The notes: a model not told the origin generated them from the sequence alone. Positions 33,301 through 46,363 are shown, counted from the whole stretch's first letter. The stretch is DNA of 46,421 nucleotides, filler included, from Jimgerdemannia flammicorona (GCA_003990765.1; 2 parts of 2 records of this genome joined end to end with filler, not necessarily neighbours in it), one strand, 5' to 3'. Made by a program: numbers and translations.

Positions 33301-34150
33301 TTTTCTCTAAAAATGATGTTGTAAGTACTTTTTAAAGATTGTGTAATCTGAATAGTACTGGAGAAAGATAGATGATGCCAAGCTCTCAACATAGATACAC
33401 AATTGGCCCTTCTACTAGTCAGCCTCAGAGGACCTGCCAAAGATAAGTTCAATATAGCTACTATTGCTAATACTGGTACAGCCAGACTTATCAATATGAA
33501 GACCTTCTTTAGAACTATATACTATACTGAAGAGATCAAGCAAGCTCTCAAGGATCAACTCAATACTATCTGCTAGGGACTCTGTGAAGATTCCAATTTA
33601 TTCTATATCTGAATCTGCCACTAGATTATCTTGGCTGGCTATGATGACTATCTTAAGGAACAAATAGCAGATTCAACCTTCCTCAAAGGAGTTTACTATC
33701 TATTCTAGCTGCACTGACCCTTGATCAGAAAGTAGTCTTTATACAGAGATATTGGACTGCTAGACACTCTACCAAACACTCAATGGAGAAAATAACTAGC
33801 ATCAAGATAGAGTCATCAAAGCTAACTAGTATCATACCCACCACAGTTGTAAACAGACAACTATCCCCATCTACCCCCAAGGCAGTCAAAGCTGACCCAG
33901 TGGAGAAACTCACCAAGCAGTTTACAAAAATGACTGCATATCTTAGTGATGTTGTTAGAGAAGTCCAAAGTACTAATAAGAGATCAGTATAGAGATTTGC
34001 AGCTACTACAGAAGAATGTAATATCATATGCTTTAGATATAGAGAAGAAGGCCACTATGTAAAGAGTTGCATGACCAAAACAAGACATAAAGCCCAATCA
34101 AGTAATACTACTAGAACCAGAGAACAAACCAATACAGTAGTCATTGAGGA
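27398..34150 (+). pseudogene. Gypsy A gag, split by a LINE (27398-27502 plus 33397-34150) and continuing after Gypsy B
   Basis: Removing the LINE and one TSD copy restores the frame MEMCLPTF...DFEQF...ALNID|TQLALLLVSLRGPAKDKF. A decayed CCHC knuckle CFRYREEGHYVKSC lies at about 34028-34070. Confidence 0.85.
27503..33379 (-). mobile_element. Full-length L1/Tx1-like LINE (~5.9 kb) inserted in Gypsy A gag
   Basis: Poly(T) at 27502-27518. ~17-bp TSD AAGCCCTCAATATAGAT (27486-27502) and AAGCTCTCAACATAGAT (33380-33396). ORF2 starts at 31233 (MNSTTNFFSLNMNGL) and contains GGDFN, QGDPL, IFADD and a decayed C-terminal CCHC. Confidence 0.95.
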
Positions 34151-34554
34151 TGTAATATTTTAGCATAGTTTATTTCTTTTCTTTGTCTTTCTTCAATATT
34201 CTATGATCTTCCAGTACTTTCTGAATGCTTAGAAATCCTTTCTTGGTACCGAGCATCCTCTAGTACTTATTTAGCTAGTCACTGATTGTCCTGGAAACTT
34301 GTAGAACTTTATTTGTCATCATTTGTCATCCTTGCTGAGAACTTTCCTCTTGGTATTTTCCTTTGATTTCTCAGATCCTTCCAGATCCTTCTTTCAGATC
34401 TTATATAAATATCCCCTTTGTTCTCATGAATAAAGTCTCAGAATATTTTTTTCCAGAAATCCTTTGAGAATACTTGAATCCTTAAGTATCTCTTCAAGCT
34501 ACTTAGAACCACCAGAACTAGTTGCTTCCTTATTTAGAAACTAGAACCATTATA
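34151..34554 (+). repeat. Gypsy B 5' LTR
   Basis: TGTAAT...ATTATA. I count 20 substitutions and no indels versus the 3' LTR. Confidence 0.97.
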
Positions 34555-34556
34555 CT

Positions 34557-34568
34557 TGGTAGCAGCAG
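34557..34568 (+). promoter_or_regulatory. Primer-binding site, consistent with initiator tRNA-Met
   Basis: TGGTAGCAGCAG starts 2 nt after the LTR. TGGTAGC is the complement of typical tRNAiMet 3' ends. Confidence 0.75.
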
Positions 34569-34622
34569 TTAAGTTACACCTAGCCTTATCAAGACACCTC
34601 TCAAGATATCAGTCACAACACT

Positions 34623-37600
34623 ATGGAGGACAATGGGTGGAATCCTTCATATAGTACCTACAGTCCAGGCAATGCCTCATACAATCAGCAAGAAGAAGAG
34701 GAACAGCAAAATCCTACTCAGTCAATTGGGGCCATCGAGAGTCTTTTGTAGACCACATTAGCTCAAATTTCTCAACTTCAAAAATGAATAGAAAGAAAGA
34801 AAAGCAAGGCCTCCACTCATACCTCCACACCTCTACCAATATTAATACATTCAACAGCAGTCACTATCAAGCCTCAGAATCCCAATACCTTTGATGGTCA
34901 AAGAGGAGGACTGTCTACCGATGCCTGGCTTTTCCAATTAGAGCAATATGGAGAACTGATCAATTTGGAAGAAGCAACACTAGTCCAATTTGCTGCCACA
35001 CTCCTCTAAGGAAATGCTGCAATCTGGTGGTAAAATCATATCCAGAATACTAGATTCTCTGGCTGAATCAAGACCTGGGGTGAATTTTCTGATACTATTC
35101 AAGGCCAATTCAAACCAGTCAATAGCACCAAGGCTGCACGAGACCATCTGGCAAATGTCAAACAACTTAAGTCTGTGCAAGCATATAATGTACAATTTCT
35201 ATCAATCCTGCTTGAATTACTACATATCACCAAAGACAAGAAGGTCAACAAGTACATCCAAGACCTGAAAGATCAAACCCAAGTTTGTGTTGAACTAGAA
35301 GAACCCAAGGACCTAGATACAGCAATGAAAATTGCTAATAGGTTTGATGTCATCATCTATGGTCACTACTTTGAACAGAAGAGACTGCCTTTCAACAACA
35401 ACAACAACCACCACAGAAGGGAGAAACCCAAAGTCAGAACTGTTGGACCTGCCCCCATAGACCTAGACACTATTGATAAGAACAAGAAAGGCAAGCTTAT
35501 ATCTGAGGAAAAGGAGTACCTCAAGAAGGCTGGAGCCTGCTTCTTTTGCCATCAGCCTGGTCACATTGCAACCAAATGTCTCAAGAAAACTGCTGAACTA
35601 AAGAGGATTCTGGTCCTATCTAAAGACACTCAAGGTCAACCAGTTGAACAAGAAGTTGTACTCAATTTTATGCAAGTCAACCCCAAGGCCCAGATCCCTC
35701 AAGTACAGTCAGGAGGAGCCATTGATTTGGACCTTCAAGCAGTACAACAAGTCACTATTCTAGCACATGAGAGAAGGCTCATTCCAACTGGCCTTTCAGT
35801 TGAAATCCCCAAGGAACATTATACAAGAATTGCACCAAGATCTGGCCTCACTCATTGGATATTGGTGCTGGAGTCATTGACCCTGACTTTTGAGGTGAAA
35901 TATAAGTCCTACTAGTCAACCACAAGAACCAACCATATACTGTCAATAAAGGTGACAGAATTGCACAGCTCATTCTGGAGTGAGTCACCCTACCAGTTAT
36001 CAAAGAAGTCACCAAGCTGTCTTCAACTAAGCAAGATCAGAAAGGCTTTAGCAGTACTGACAAAGTTGCAAGCATAGCCAAAAACCAAGCCAATCCAATG
36101 CTCATTTTTAAAGATCTAGTTAAGGGACAAGAACTAGATGTTCTTATAGACAGTGGAGCTATTGGGAACTTCATCAACAAGAACCTCATTGACAAGCTCA
36201 AGATTCTTATCAAACTAGCTAGCAAGAATGGTGGAGTTGTCACCGCAGATAGCACCACCTTACCAATTGACTCAATTGCCACTAAACTTCCCCTCAAGAT
36301 CCAGAAGTACTGGGAATGTTTAGATTTCGAGGTAGCACTACTAGGAGACCATGACCTGATCCTAGACAAACTCTGGCTTACATAGTACAACCCTCAGATT
36401 GATTGGATCAAGAATGAAGTCACCTTGATTCAGGATAGAGCCAATATTACCATCAAGCCAGACAAGACTTAGATGAGAACTCCAATTGCAACCCTTTCAG
36501 CAATTCAGTTCAAGAAGGCCTTCAAGAAAGCTACCTGTACTTTTGTGGCACTGATCTGATCAAAGAAAGAAGACAAGAAGCTATCGATTAGTGAAAGCAT
36601 CAAGTTACTGCTGAACAAGTATAAGGATGTCTTCCTGGACAAACTACCAGGTCTATCACCTTTAAGAGACCATGACCATGAAATCAAGTTGGTACCTGAT
36701 GCAGCTATACCTAAGAAGAAAATGTACCACATATCTCCACTCAAAATTGAAGTAGTCAAGAAGGAACTCAATGAACTCATTGAGCAAGGAGCCATTCAAC
36801 CAAGCAAGTCACCCTTCAGCTCTCCAGTCCTATTTGTCAAGAAAAAGGATGATACTCTGCGAATGTGTATAGACTACTGAGCACTTAACAAGATCACAGT
36901 CAAGAACCATTATCTGCTACTACTCATAGATCAAATCTTTGATACTCTCAAGAATGCAAAGTACTTCACCAAGATTGATCTCACCTCTGGGTATCACCAA
37001 ATTCGAATCAAGCCAGAAGACATACCCAAGACTGCCTTCATAACACTCTTTGGACTCTACAAATTTCTAGTTATGGCCTTTGGTCTCACTAATATGCTAG
37101 AAATCTTTCAAGATCTCATACAAACTGTCTTCAAGAACCAGCTCTATATCTTCATACTTGTATACATTGATGACATCCTGATCTTCAGTAGCACTGAAGA
37201 AGAACATCTCAAGTATATTGAACAAGTCCTCAAGATCCTCTGTGAGAACAAGCTCTATACAAAGCTCAAGAAATGTGAATTTTTCAAGGATCAAGTCAAA
37301 TACCTTGGACACATTGTATCAGCCAAAGGAATTCAAGTAGACCTGAGGAAAATACAAGCCATTAAACAGTGGCCTGTGCCAGCAAACCTCACTGAACTCA
37401 GGTCCTTCCTTGGTCTGGCTGGATACTACCATCAATTTGTCAAGAACTTCTCCAGCATCACAGAATCTTTAACAAATCTCCTGTGAAAGGAACCCAACTC
37501 TGATCTCTATATCCCCTATATCTGGGATGCTTTCTATCAACAAGCTTTTCAAGAACTCAAGAACCATCTAACCCATGCACCTGTCCTTAGAAATATGGAC

Positions 37601-39447
37601 CCAAACTTGAAGTTCATGGTTACCACAGATGTATCTAACTTTGCCATTGGTGCAGTCATTTCTCAAGATAATGGTCAAGGATACTGACCTATTGCCTTTG
37701 AATCAAGAAAATTGTCCCCAGTAGAACAAAAGCTAGCTACTTATGAAAAGGAACTTCTGGCAATCATGTATGCTCTCAAGACCTGGCGACACTATCTAGA
37801 AAGAGTTGAGTTTGACATGATCACCAATCACAGATCTCTTCAGTACATCAACACTCAACCAACCCTTTCTCGCCAACAAGCCAAGTAGAGTCAACTACTT
37901 CAGACCTTTACCCCAAACATCATCTACAAGCCTGGCAAAACTCTAGTTGTACCAGATATACTTTTAAGAAGACCTAACCTTGCCACAATTTTACAAGTCA
38001 CTGTGGCATCTGAATTCCTCAACCAGATCAAGAGGGCATATGAACAAGACTCTCTGGTTCTACAAAAGAACACCAAGGAATTCAAGAAAAAGTATACCAT
38101 TAAGGACAACCTTATATACTATCAAGACAAAGTATATATTCCTGCCAACCCTAAACTACAGTATAAGATTCTTCATGAACATCATGACTTCCCACTAGCT
38201 GGCCACCTTGGAACTGAGAAGACCATCAAGAATATCCAGCGAGACTACTACTGGCCAAATATGCTCAAGGAAATCAAGAAGTATGTCCAAAGTTGTGATC
38301 TTTACCAAAGAAACAAGTCAAGTAATCAAGCACCTGCTGGTCTCCTACAACTCTTGTCAATTCTGACCAAGAAGTTCGAACAAGTCACAATGGACTTCAT
38401 TGTGCAACTCCCATAAACCAAAACAGGCTATGATGCTATTGTTGTATTTGTGGACCATCTCACCAAGATTATAATCACTAAGCCAACTACAACCAATGCC
38501 ACTGCCCCAGAAATTGCAAGAATCTTCTTCAAGACTGTCTTCTGCCATTATGGACTTCCCCAAGTAATTATCAGTGACTGCAACTCTAAGTTCACAAGCC
38601 ACTTCTGGCAAGTACTCTTTAAGACTCTTGGAACCTAAATCGCAATGTTCACTGTCTTCCACCCTCAAACTGATGGACAGACAGAGCGAATGAACAGAAC
38701 ACTTGAACAAATGCTCAGAAACTATGTATCTTATGAGCAAGATGATTGGGACCACTATCTGACCTATGCCAAGTTTACCTATAACAATGCCACCCAATCA
38801 TCAACTGGTCTTTCCCTATTCACAGTCAAAACCCCAAGACCCCTGCAAGCCTAGTCCAATTCCAGCAACCCAGTCACACACAAGTCCCCACAGCCCAGAA
38901 CCTTATCGACAAAATGGATTCCCTTCTCAAGATTGCCACTACGAATCTGCAAAAGGCTCAGTAACATTAAGCTAAGTATGCAGATAAGAAGCAGTGAGAT
39001 GTCATATACAATATTGATGATATGGTTCTACTCAAAGCCAATAACATCAAGGCTCAATCTCAAGTCAACTGCCAGTTAGCTAAATTCCAGCCTAAGTACC
39101 TTGGACTCTTTGAGATCACTGAGCAAGTCTCTACCTGGTCTTACTATCTCAACTTGCTAACAACTATATATATATACCCAGTATTCCATGTGTCACAACT
39201 CAAGGCCTAGAACCAGTCACCCCCATACCCTGGCCGAATTCTGACACTATCAGCACCAGTCATAGTTGAAGACCACATTGAGTATGAAGTTGAGAAAATC
39301 TTAGACAAGCAAGTCTGATACTGTTACACAGAATACCTAGTCAAGTAGATGGGTTACCCTAAATATAATACCACCTGAGAACCTGCCACCAATCTCAAGA
39401 ACTCCCAAGACCTCATCTAAGAGTTCAAGCAAAAAGGAACTCATTGA
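34623..39447 (+). pseudogene. Gypsy B gag-pol: capsid, CCHC, dUTPase, protease, RT, RNase H, integrase, chromodomain
   Basis: CFFCHQPGHIATKC (35538-35579); dUTPase IAPRSGL/GVIDPDF/GDRIAQL/GFSST (~35660-36060); LIDSGA (D at 36149); YIDD (37163); TTD.S.FAIG; HH..GHLG..C; FHPQTDGQTER; chromodomain EYEVEKILD...YLVK*.GY....T*EP..NL (~39280-39430). Scattered stops. Confidence 0.95.
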
Positions 39448-39747
39448 CTGCCTGTGAGGTTCTCTCCTTGGATAGTAGACAACCTACTGTACTGATCAGA
39501 CACATTACACATTGAGGCTCTCTAAGGGATATAGCATCAGAAACAAGAGATATAGGAAAACCCTATAAATCCTGCAACCAATGAGGTTCAAACCAGTTCT
39601 CATCTAATCAAGATGATACTTTGGCCCTCGCCTTATACAAGAACAGCCAATCCTTGCCAATGAGTCAGTATATTTAATTTGAAGTTTCTTTTAGTCTTAT
39701 TGTTTATTATGTATAACTTTGAGAATTCAACAAGGACATTGATTCTT

Positions 39748-39760
39748 AAGGAGGGAGAGA
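39748..39760 (+). promoter_or_regulatory. Polypurine tract of Gypsy B
   Basis: AAGGAGGGAGAGA immediately before the 3' LTR. Confidence 0.88.
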
Positions 39761-40164
39761 TGTAACATTTTAGTGTAGTTTATTTCTTTTCTTTGTCTTT
39801 CTTTAATATTCTATGATCTTCCAGTACTTTCTGAATGCTTAGAAATTTTTTCTTGGCACCAAGCATCCTCTAGTACTTATTTAGCTAGTCACTGATTGTC
39901 CTGGAAACTTGTAGAACTTTATTTGTCATCATTTGTCATCCTTACTGAGAACTTTCCTCTTGGCATTTTCCTTTGATTTCTCAGATCCTTCTGGATCCTT
40001 CTTTCAGATCTTGTATAAATATCCCCTTTGTTCTCATAAATAAAGTCTCAGAATATTTTTTCCCAGAAATCCTTTGAGAATACTTGAATCCTTAAGTATC
40101 TCTTCGAGCTACTTAGAACCACCAGAACTAGTCACTTCCTCATTTAGAAACTAGAACCATTACA
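39761..40164 (+). repeat. Gypsy B 3' LTR
   Basis: TGTAAC...ATTACA, a direct repeat of 34151-34554. Confidence 0.97.
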
Positions 40165-40169
40165 GAGGA

Positions 40170-43100
40170 GATTGGTGATACTAATGATAAAGAATACTAT
40201 AAAGAGCTCAAATTCTACTCTGTTACTAAAGATACCAGAACTCAGTCCAAGCCCTATGATAAGAAGAGCAATAGCAAGCTAGTTGAAAGACTGAAGAAGA
40301 CCCCAGCTGTTACTATCCAAAGCAAGACCCAATTCAAGAAGATTGATTAAGATATAGAGTTAGATGAAGCTGTCTGCCAAATCATTGAAGGCACTACTCT
40401 AGTCTCAGGAGAAAGCAAAAGCAAGAAAAAATAGAAGCTATATAAAACCAAGATCCATCAGTATAATATCTACAAGGATCTTAAGGAATAGAAGATCAAT
40501 GCTACTTTTGGACAACTAGCCAAAGTCTCTGCCTTCAGACAGCAGTTGAGAGTAGGACTTGCAACTACTGTCAAGAACTAAGAATATAAGATCATAGAAG
40601 CTCACAATGTATAAGAAGATGATTAAGAAGACTCAGACAAAGAATCTGAAGACTAGTACAAAACATCAGCCTATACTCCATGTCAGATTAAAGATTGTAT
40701 CTTTGATGCCATCATTGATACTAGTGCTGGAGGATACCTTATAAGTAAGAAGACAATTGACTGTCTAGGCTAGGACATTGAAGAGTCCACCAAAATGGTC
40801 TATATTACAGCAGATGATATATATATGAGCTACCCTCCTTGACAAAATCTGAGAAGTTTCCATCAAGATAGGAGAAGCTACCATCCTAGTAGATATGATT
40901 GTTACAAGTACCACTAACTATGATATCCTTATTGATAACCAATGACTTCACAAGGCCAAGGCTATCATTGATCTCAATATCCAGAAGATGCAGATCAACT
41001 ATAGAGGAAGAAAGGTATAAGTCTCTATCAATGTCTACAGAGAAGTTCTACTAGACATAGAGGAAGGAGATGAAGAGGACACAGAAGTCTTCATATACTC
41101 AGTAAACAAGAACAAGAACAAGACACCCAAGCTCACAGATGAGCAGTGGTACAACAAGATTATTGATAGCTATACTCCTTAAGGAAGATGCCTCTATGGT
41201 ACTAAAATGTACTGCTCTGAACACCTGAATGACTGCTGGTTCTGTATCAGTGAAGTCAGGAAAATCTGCCAACAGAAGTATGAGCAAGAAGCTACTAAAG
41301 CAAAAAGAAAAGTCAAAGAAAATGACCAGCCCCCAGAGCTTCAAGCTGATAGCAATGATGAGAAGAAACAAGAACCAGACATCACTCTCAAGGTCAAAAA
41401 GTTTTATCCCAAAGCCAAGATCCCAGAATATAAGACTGAAGGAGCCATAGGAATGGATTTTGCCAGTATTCAAGATACTACTCTCGAACCATAGACCACC
41501 ACTCTACTTGACACCAGAATTGAAGTCAAGTTGCCAGAAAACTATGCCAGAATTATCAAGACCAGGAGCAGTCTGGCCAAAAGTGAAATCTCAGTTAAAG
41601 GAGGAGTAATTGACCCTGATTATACTGGTAAGATCTTCCTCATAGTTAGGAATTACAATCCCACCACCCCATTTGAAGTCAAGAAGCATGACAGGATTGG
41701 CCAGATACTGATCCACAAAATCAAGAAGCCCAAGATCACCAAAGCCATCAAACTCATCAAGATTAAGAGAAGAGAACAAGGCTTTGAATCTACTAGAAGA
41801 GGAGTCTATACTATTATCAAGATTACTGAACTTGAGTACAAGAAAGACAAGAATCAGAATAAGCACACATATACTATTGGAGAAAACTTTTCTCTAGAAA
41901 AACAACTTCTCAAGATCCTGTACCAGAATGAAGGAGTACTTACTACAGACTTCAGAGATATCCATAATCAAGAACCCAAGTACTATCATAAAGTTGATAC
42001 CAGTAATACCAAGCCCATCTACCAGAAAGCCAGACCTATATCACCTGCCTACAGAGAATAGCTGCAAGCAGAACTCAAGAAAATGAAAGAAGCCAGAATC
42101 ATCAAGTAAGCTATTAGTCTCTGGGCTTCACCTATTGTCCTTACTTCAAAGAAAGAAAGCAAGCCTGAAGAGTTTGCCCCAAGACTCTGCATTGACTATA
42201 GGAAGCTCAATGCAATCATCAAGAAGAATAGGCAGCCCTTGCCAAATATTTAAAAAATCCTTACCACCCTTAGAAGTAAAGCCAAATACTACACTACCTT
42301 AGATCTGTTCTCAGGCTTTCATCAGATTGGTCTCACTCAAGATATCAGTAAGAAATCAGCCTTCATCATACCTAATACCACCTATATCTACCTGTGAATG
42401 CTATTTGGAATGTACAATGCTCCAGTAAGTTTTCAGCAAATAATGAACAGAGTCTTCAGCAATGAGATTGGAAAATAGCTCTTTGTCTATATTGATGATA
42501 TGATCATCTTCAGCAATACTATATAGAAATATGTCAACCATATACAGCTAGCCCTCAAGAAGCTCAAGGAGTATGGCCTCTATATCAAGCCCAAGAAGTA
42601 CAGATTTGTAGCTCAGGAAATCACCTACCTAGGACACCTCATCAACCAGACTAGAATCCATACAGACTCTATAAAGATTGAGGCTATTGCAGCCTACCCA
42701 AGACCCAGAACAACTACAGAAGTCCATGTCTTTCTTGGACTGGCCTCCTACTATAGAAGATTCCTCCAATATTACAGCACCTATCTATGAGCTACTGAAG
42801 AAAGAGATCAAATTCAAATGAATCAAGAAATACCAAGAAACCTTCAATAAACTCAAGACCAGATTGACCCAAGCACCCATCTTCAGAAGACCAGATTGGA
42901 ACCTAGAGTTTATCCTGCAGACAGATGCAAGTGCTATAGGACTTGGAGCAGTCCTAGCGCAGAAGAAAGATGGATATGAATATGTCATCTCCTATGTAAG
43001 CTAAGATATCTATAGAGTAGAACAGAACTACAAGTCATACAAGCTTGAATACTTAGCAGTAGTTTGGACAGTAGACAAGTTCCACTACTATCTAGCTGGA

Positions 43101-44500
43101 AAATACTTCACTATTCAAACAGACTATTTCACTCTTGCCTAGCTATTTCACACTCTAAATCCCAGAGAAATATATACTAGATAGATCTATAGGCTGTAAG
43201 AGTATGATTGTACTGTTAAGCATCACTCAGAGAGAACCAACACCAATACTGATATACTCTCAAGGATACTCTGAAACACTCCCATCAAGACTATTTAATA
43301 TAAATAAGAAGTTATACTATAGATTAATCAGCTATCTTGGGCAGTAGAAGATGTCCAACCACCTTGAACCCTGGATAATTACCATCATCAACCAGACTTG
43401 GAAACAGTTTGAACTAGACAATACTATACTCAGAAAAGGAGGAAAGCTTGCAATACCTGAATACAAGAAGTATTAAGTAATGAAAGAAGTACATGAACAA
43501 GGACACCTAGGAGAAACCAACACATATGACAAGGTAAGAAGAACTATATAGTGGCCCAAGATAGAAGAAGACCTGCACCAATTTGTCAAAGAGTATAATA
43601 AGTACTAAAAACAGAAACAATATCAATAAGACCAGATACTCAGATTATCAAGAATTGAGCCTATTCTCTTTCACCACATCATAATGGATATCATTGGGCC
43701 ACTACTAGTAATACTATCAGAAACTACTACATTATAGTTATTATAAACCACTTTACCAAATAGATAGAAGCAGAAGTATTACAAGAAGTCAATGTCCTCT
43801 CTATAGCCAACTTCCTATATTGAGAAATCATCTACTACTACAAGACACCAAAGCAAATTACTACAGACTGTGATACAGAATTTTGTCAATAGATTCTATG
43901 AGATAATATATCAGAAATATAAGATTCAGTACATCAAGACTACTATGTACCACTTTCAAGGAAATAAACAGATAGAGAGAACTAATAAGACCCTTAAGAA
44001 CATCCTGGCAAAGATCTCAGACACATATGAGAATTGGGATAACTACCTCCCAACTGCCCTCTCTGTTCTATAAGACATATAGTTACAAAGTATACACTTT
44101 ATCCCAAGAGAATTGCTCTTTAGAGAAGAAGATTCTGATGGAACCTCAGCCACAAAACTAGACCTAACCTGGAGACAGATTGACTCAGAAATCTGGAGAC
44201 TATACCAAATCAGAAAGAAGGCTGAAGATTATATTATTAAGTCACAAGTACTAATGAGAAAGAATGTAGAAAAGAATCACAAGACTTTAAAACTCATCCA
44301 AATCAGAGAAAAGGTCCTACTATATTGAAATATAGTAGAAGCCTCATAGTCATGAAAACTGGAGCCTAAATGGGAAGGACTCTTCTATGTGTAAGATATC
44401 AAAGGAACTACCTTCTGGCTTAGAAAACTTACAGAGACCATACTGCCTATTATGATATATAGAAACAGACTCAAGAAGTACTATGAACCTATACATATAA
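40170..44500 (+). pseudogene. Gypsy A pol: protease, Cys-rich segment, dUTPase, RT, RNase H, integrase (no chromodomain)
   Basis: AIIDTSAG (D at 40717); dUTPase GAIGMDF/KTRSSLA/GGVIDPDYTG/HDRIGQI/QGFEST (~41380-41800); WASPIV, RLCIDYRKLN, YIDD (42488); LQTDAS; HEQGHLG; YHFQGNKQIER; KLEPKWEGLF. Confidence 0.94.
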
Positions 44501-44854
44501 GAGAAGTAAAATATGATGGTCACCTATAAGGTTCTAGTCCATAAATTATAACAGCATGTCCCATAATCAGCAGGCAATCTGTCTGGACTATTCTCTAAGA
44601 GATATAGTACTAGCAACTACTCATCTGTGAGATTTTTGAAGCCAGAGAAGTTTGAACCATCAACTGATTAGTCAAGATCAGAATCAGGCCCTTACTCTAT
44701 ATAAAGAGAGCAACTCTTCACTATCATGCCAAAATATATAGAGAAGATATCAGCCCATAAACACCACTTTTTGACCCCCTGCCAGAGGTTATAGGATCAG
44801 CAAAATTTTCAGGACTAGACTAATGAATAAGGACATTTAAGAAGATCCTTATTC

Positions 44855-44864
44855 AGGAGAAAGA
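44855..44864 (+). promoter_or_regulatory. Polypurine tract of Gypsy A
   Basis: AGGAGAAAGA directly before the 3' LTR. Confidence 0.8.
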
Positions 44865-46363
44865 TGTAATAGTGACCTCAGAATGATGACATCAGTACAA
44901 GAGATAGTAATTTCTTACAAGCCATCAAATCAGAGCACAAGAAGATCATACAGCATAAGCAATGATGATCAACTATAAGTCATTAGGACCACAATACAGA
45001 CATCTCAAAGAATATAAAAGAAGGATCAAGGAACTATAGTAGCAGCAACCCAACAAGACCCACTAATCTCAAAATAGCTCAAAAGACTTATCACAAACAA
45101 AATATCTACTGCTTGTCAAACCTCAAGATTAAGAAACCACTAAGGCCCCCCAGTCTAGAAAAGAATGTTCCAAGACATTCAAAGAGCTACAAGAATCTGC
45201 ACCACAAGGACTCCTAGTATCAATCTGGATATTGGTGACTCTTATTATTATATTCTCTACTACTATAAAATGGAAACAAGAATCACCATTACTACCAAAT
45301 ACCTCCAGATATGGTAGGAATATAAAATAGGAAACCTCCTCTATCAATAATTCTCTCAAGCCAGCCCTCAAGAGCTACAAGATACTACTCCCATAGATAT
45401 ATGAAATAAGGACAACCAAGAAGATTCATCAGATCTCCAGGCATGCACCATGATCAATCCCCAACTTGAAGTATATCAGAGTCTCAGACTTCAGGAATCT
45501 GTCAGCCCATTGTATCAATATATTAAAAGCCATGGTAGCTATAGAGGTCCAGTCTACTATCACCCTCAATAGTAATAAGGTAGAAGAATTCTAGTATTCC
45601 ATCCTCCAGAACAACCCAGATCAGTTCCTATAAAGATTGATCTCAGTATTCCAAGGCCCCAGCATCCAGGTTAGACCTCTCTAAGATCTCACATTTGTTC
45701 CTTATTTTGTGGAAGAGAATGTCATAGATTAGAGAGTCTCTGCTAAATATAATGATATTATCAGTAATGATATTATTCTATATGACATATGTGAAATAGA
45801 TGAAATATTCATGGACCTTATCTTCTTTAAGAACAGTAATGAAGATAAAGCCCCCATAGTCCTGAACTTCCTGCTCTAATATCTTAGTTATACTGAGTTC
45901 TTTTAGCATCATTTTTCCATATAATAGTTAATCCCTCTACTGGTATTCTGACCTTATGTAACTTAGAATTATACTAGTACTCTTTTTCTATATTACTGAA
46001 ATTATACTAGTATCCTGAACCTATATAATCATCTATACCAACACTGGAACTTGGTAGTTTTCTATATTCTAGTATTTTATTTGGTTATTAGAATTTATAT
46101 TTAGCAATCATTGAATTATATTTTGTATAAATATCTCTTTTATTTTCTTTGAAATAAAGTCAGTCAAGTTTACTTATATACAATTCCTTATGAGCAATCT
46201 AAAAAGATAACAAGATAGTTTAAAGATAAGAAGTTTGAGGACTATAAGATCTTGGAAAGGTACTCCAATAAGAACTTGCTTATAACAAACTTGAGTTAGT
46301 CTAAGAGATATATCTTGAAGAGAATCTAATATATTTGAAGGACTCAGCAACTACTATATGATA
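44865..46363 (+). repeat. Gypsy A 3' LTR (1499 bp)
   Basis: TGTAATAGTG...TATGATA (terminal CA mutated to TA), followed by ATATAA. Confidence 0.95.

Larger units (their letters stand above)
34151..40164 (+). mobile_element. Complete chromovirus-type Ty3/Gypsy element B with dUTPase
   Basis: 404-bp LTRs, perfect 5-bp TSD GAGGA (34146-34150 and 40165-40169), PBS, PPT and a full domain set. Confidence 0.97.
25780..46363 (+). mobile_element. Full-length Ty3/Gypsy LTR retrotransposon family A (non-chromovirus, dUTPase-bearing) with two nested insertions
   Basis: Two ~1.5-kb direct LTRs (TG...CA/TA), flanking duplication ATATAA (25774-25779 and 46364-46369), PBS, PPT and gag-PR-dUTPase-RT-RH-IN order. 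Confidence 0.95.
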
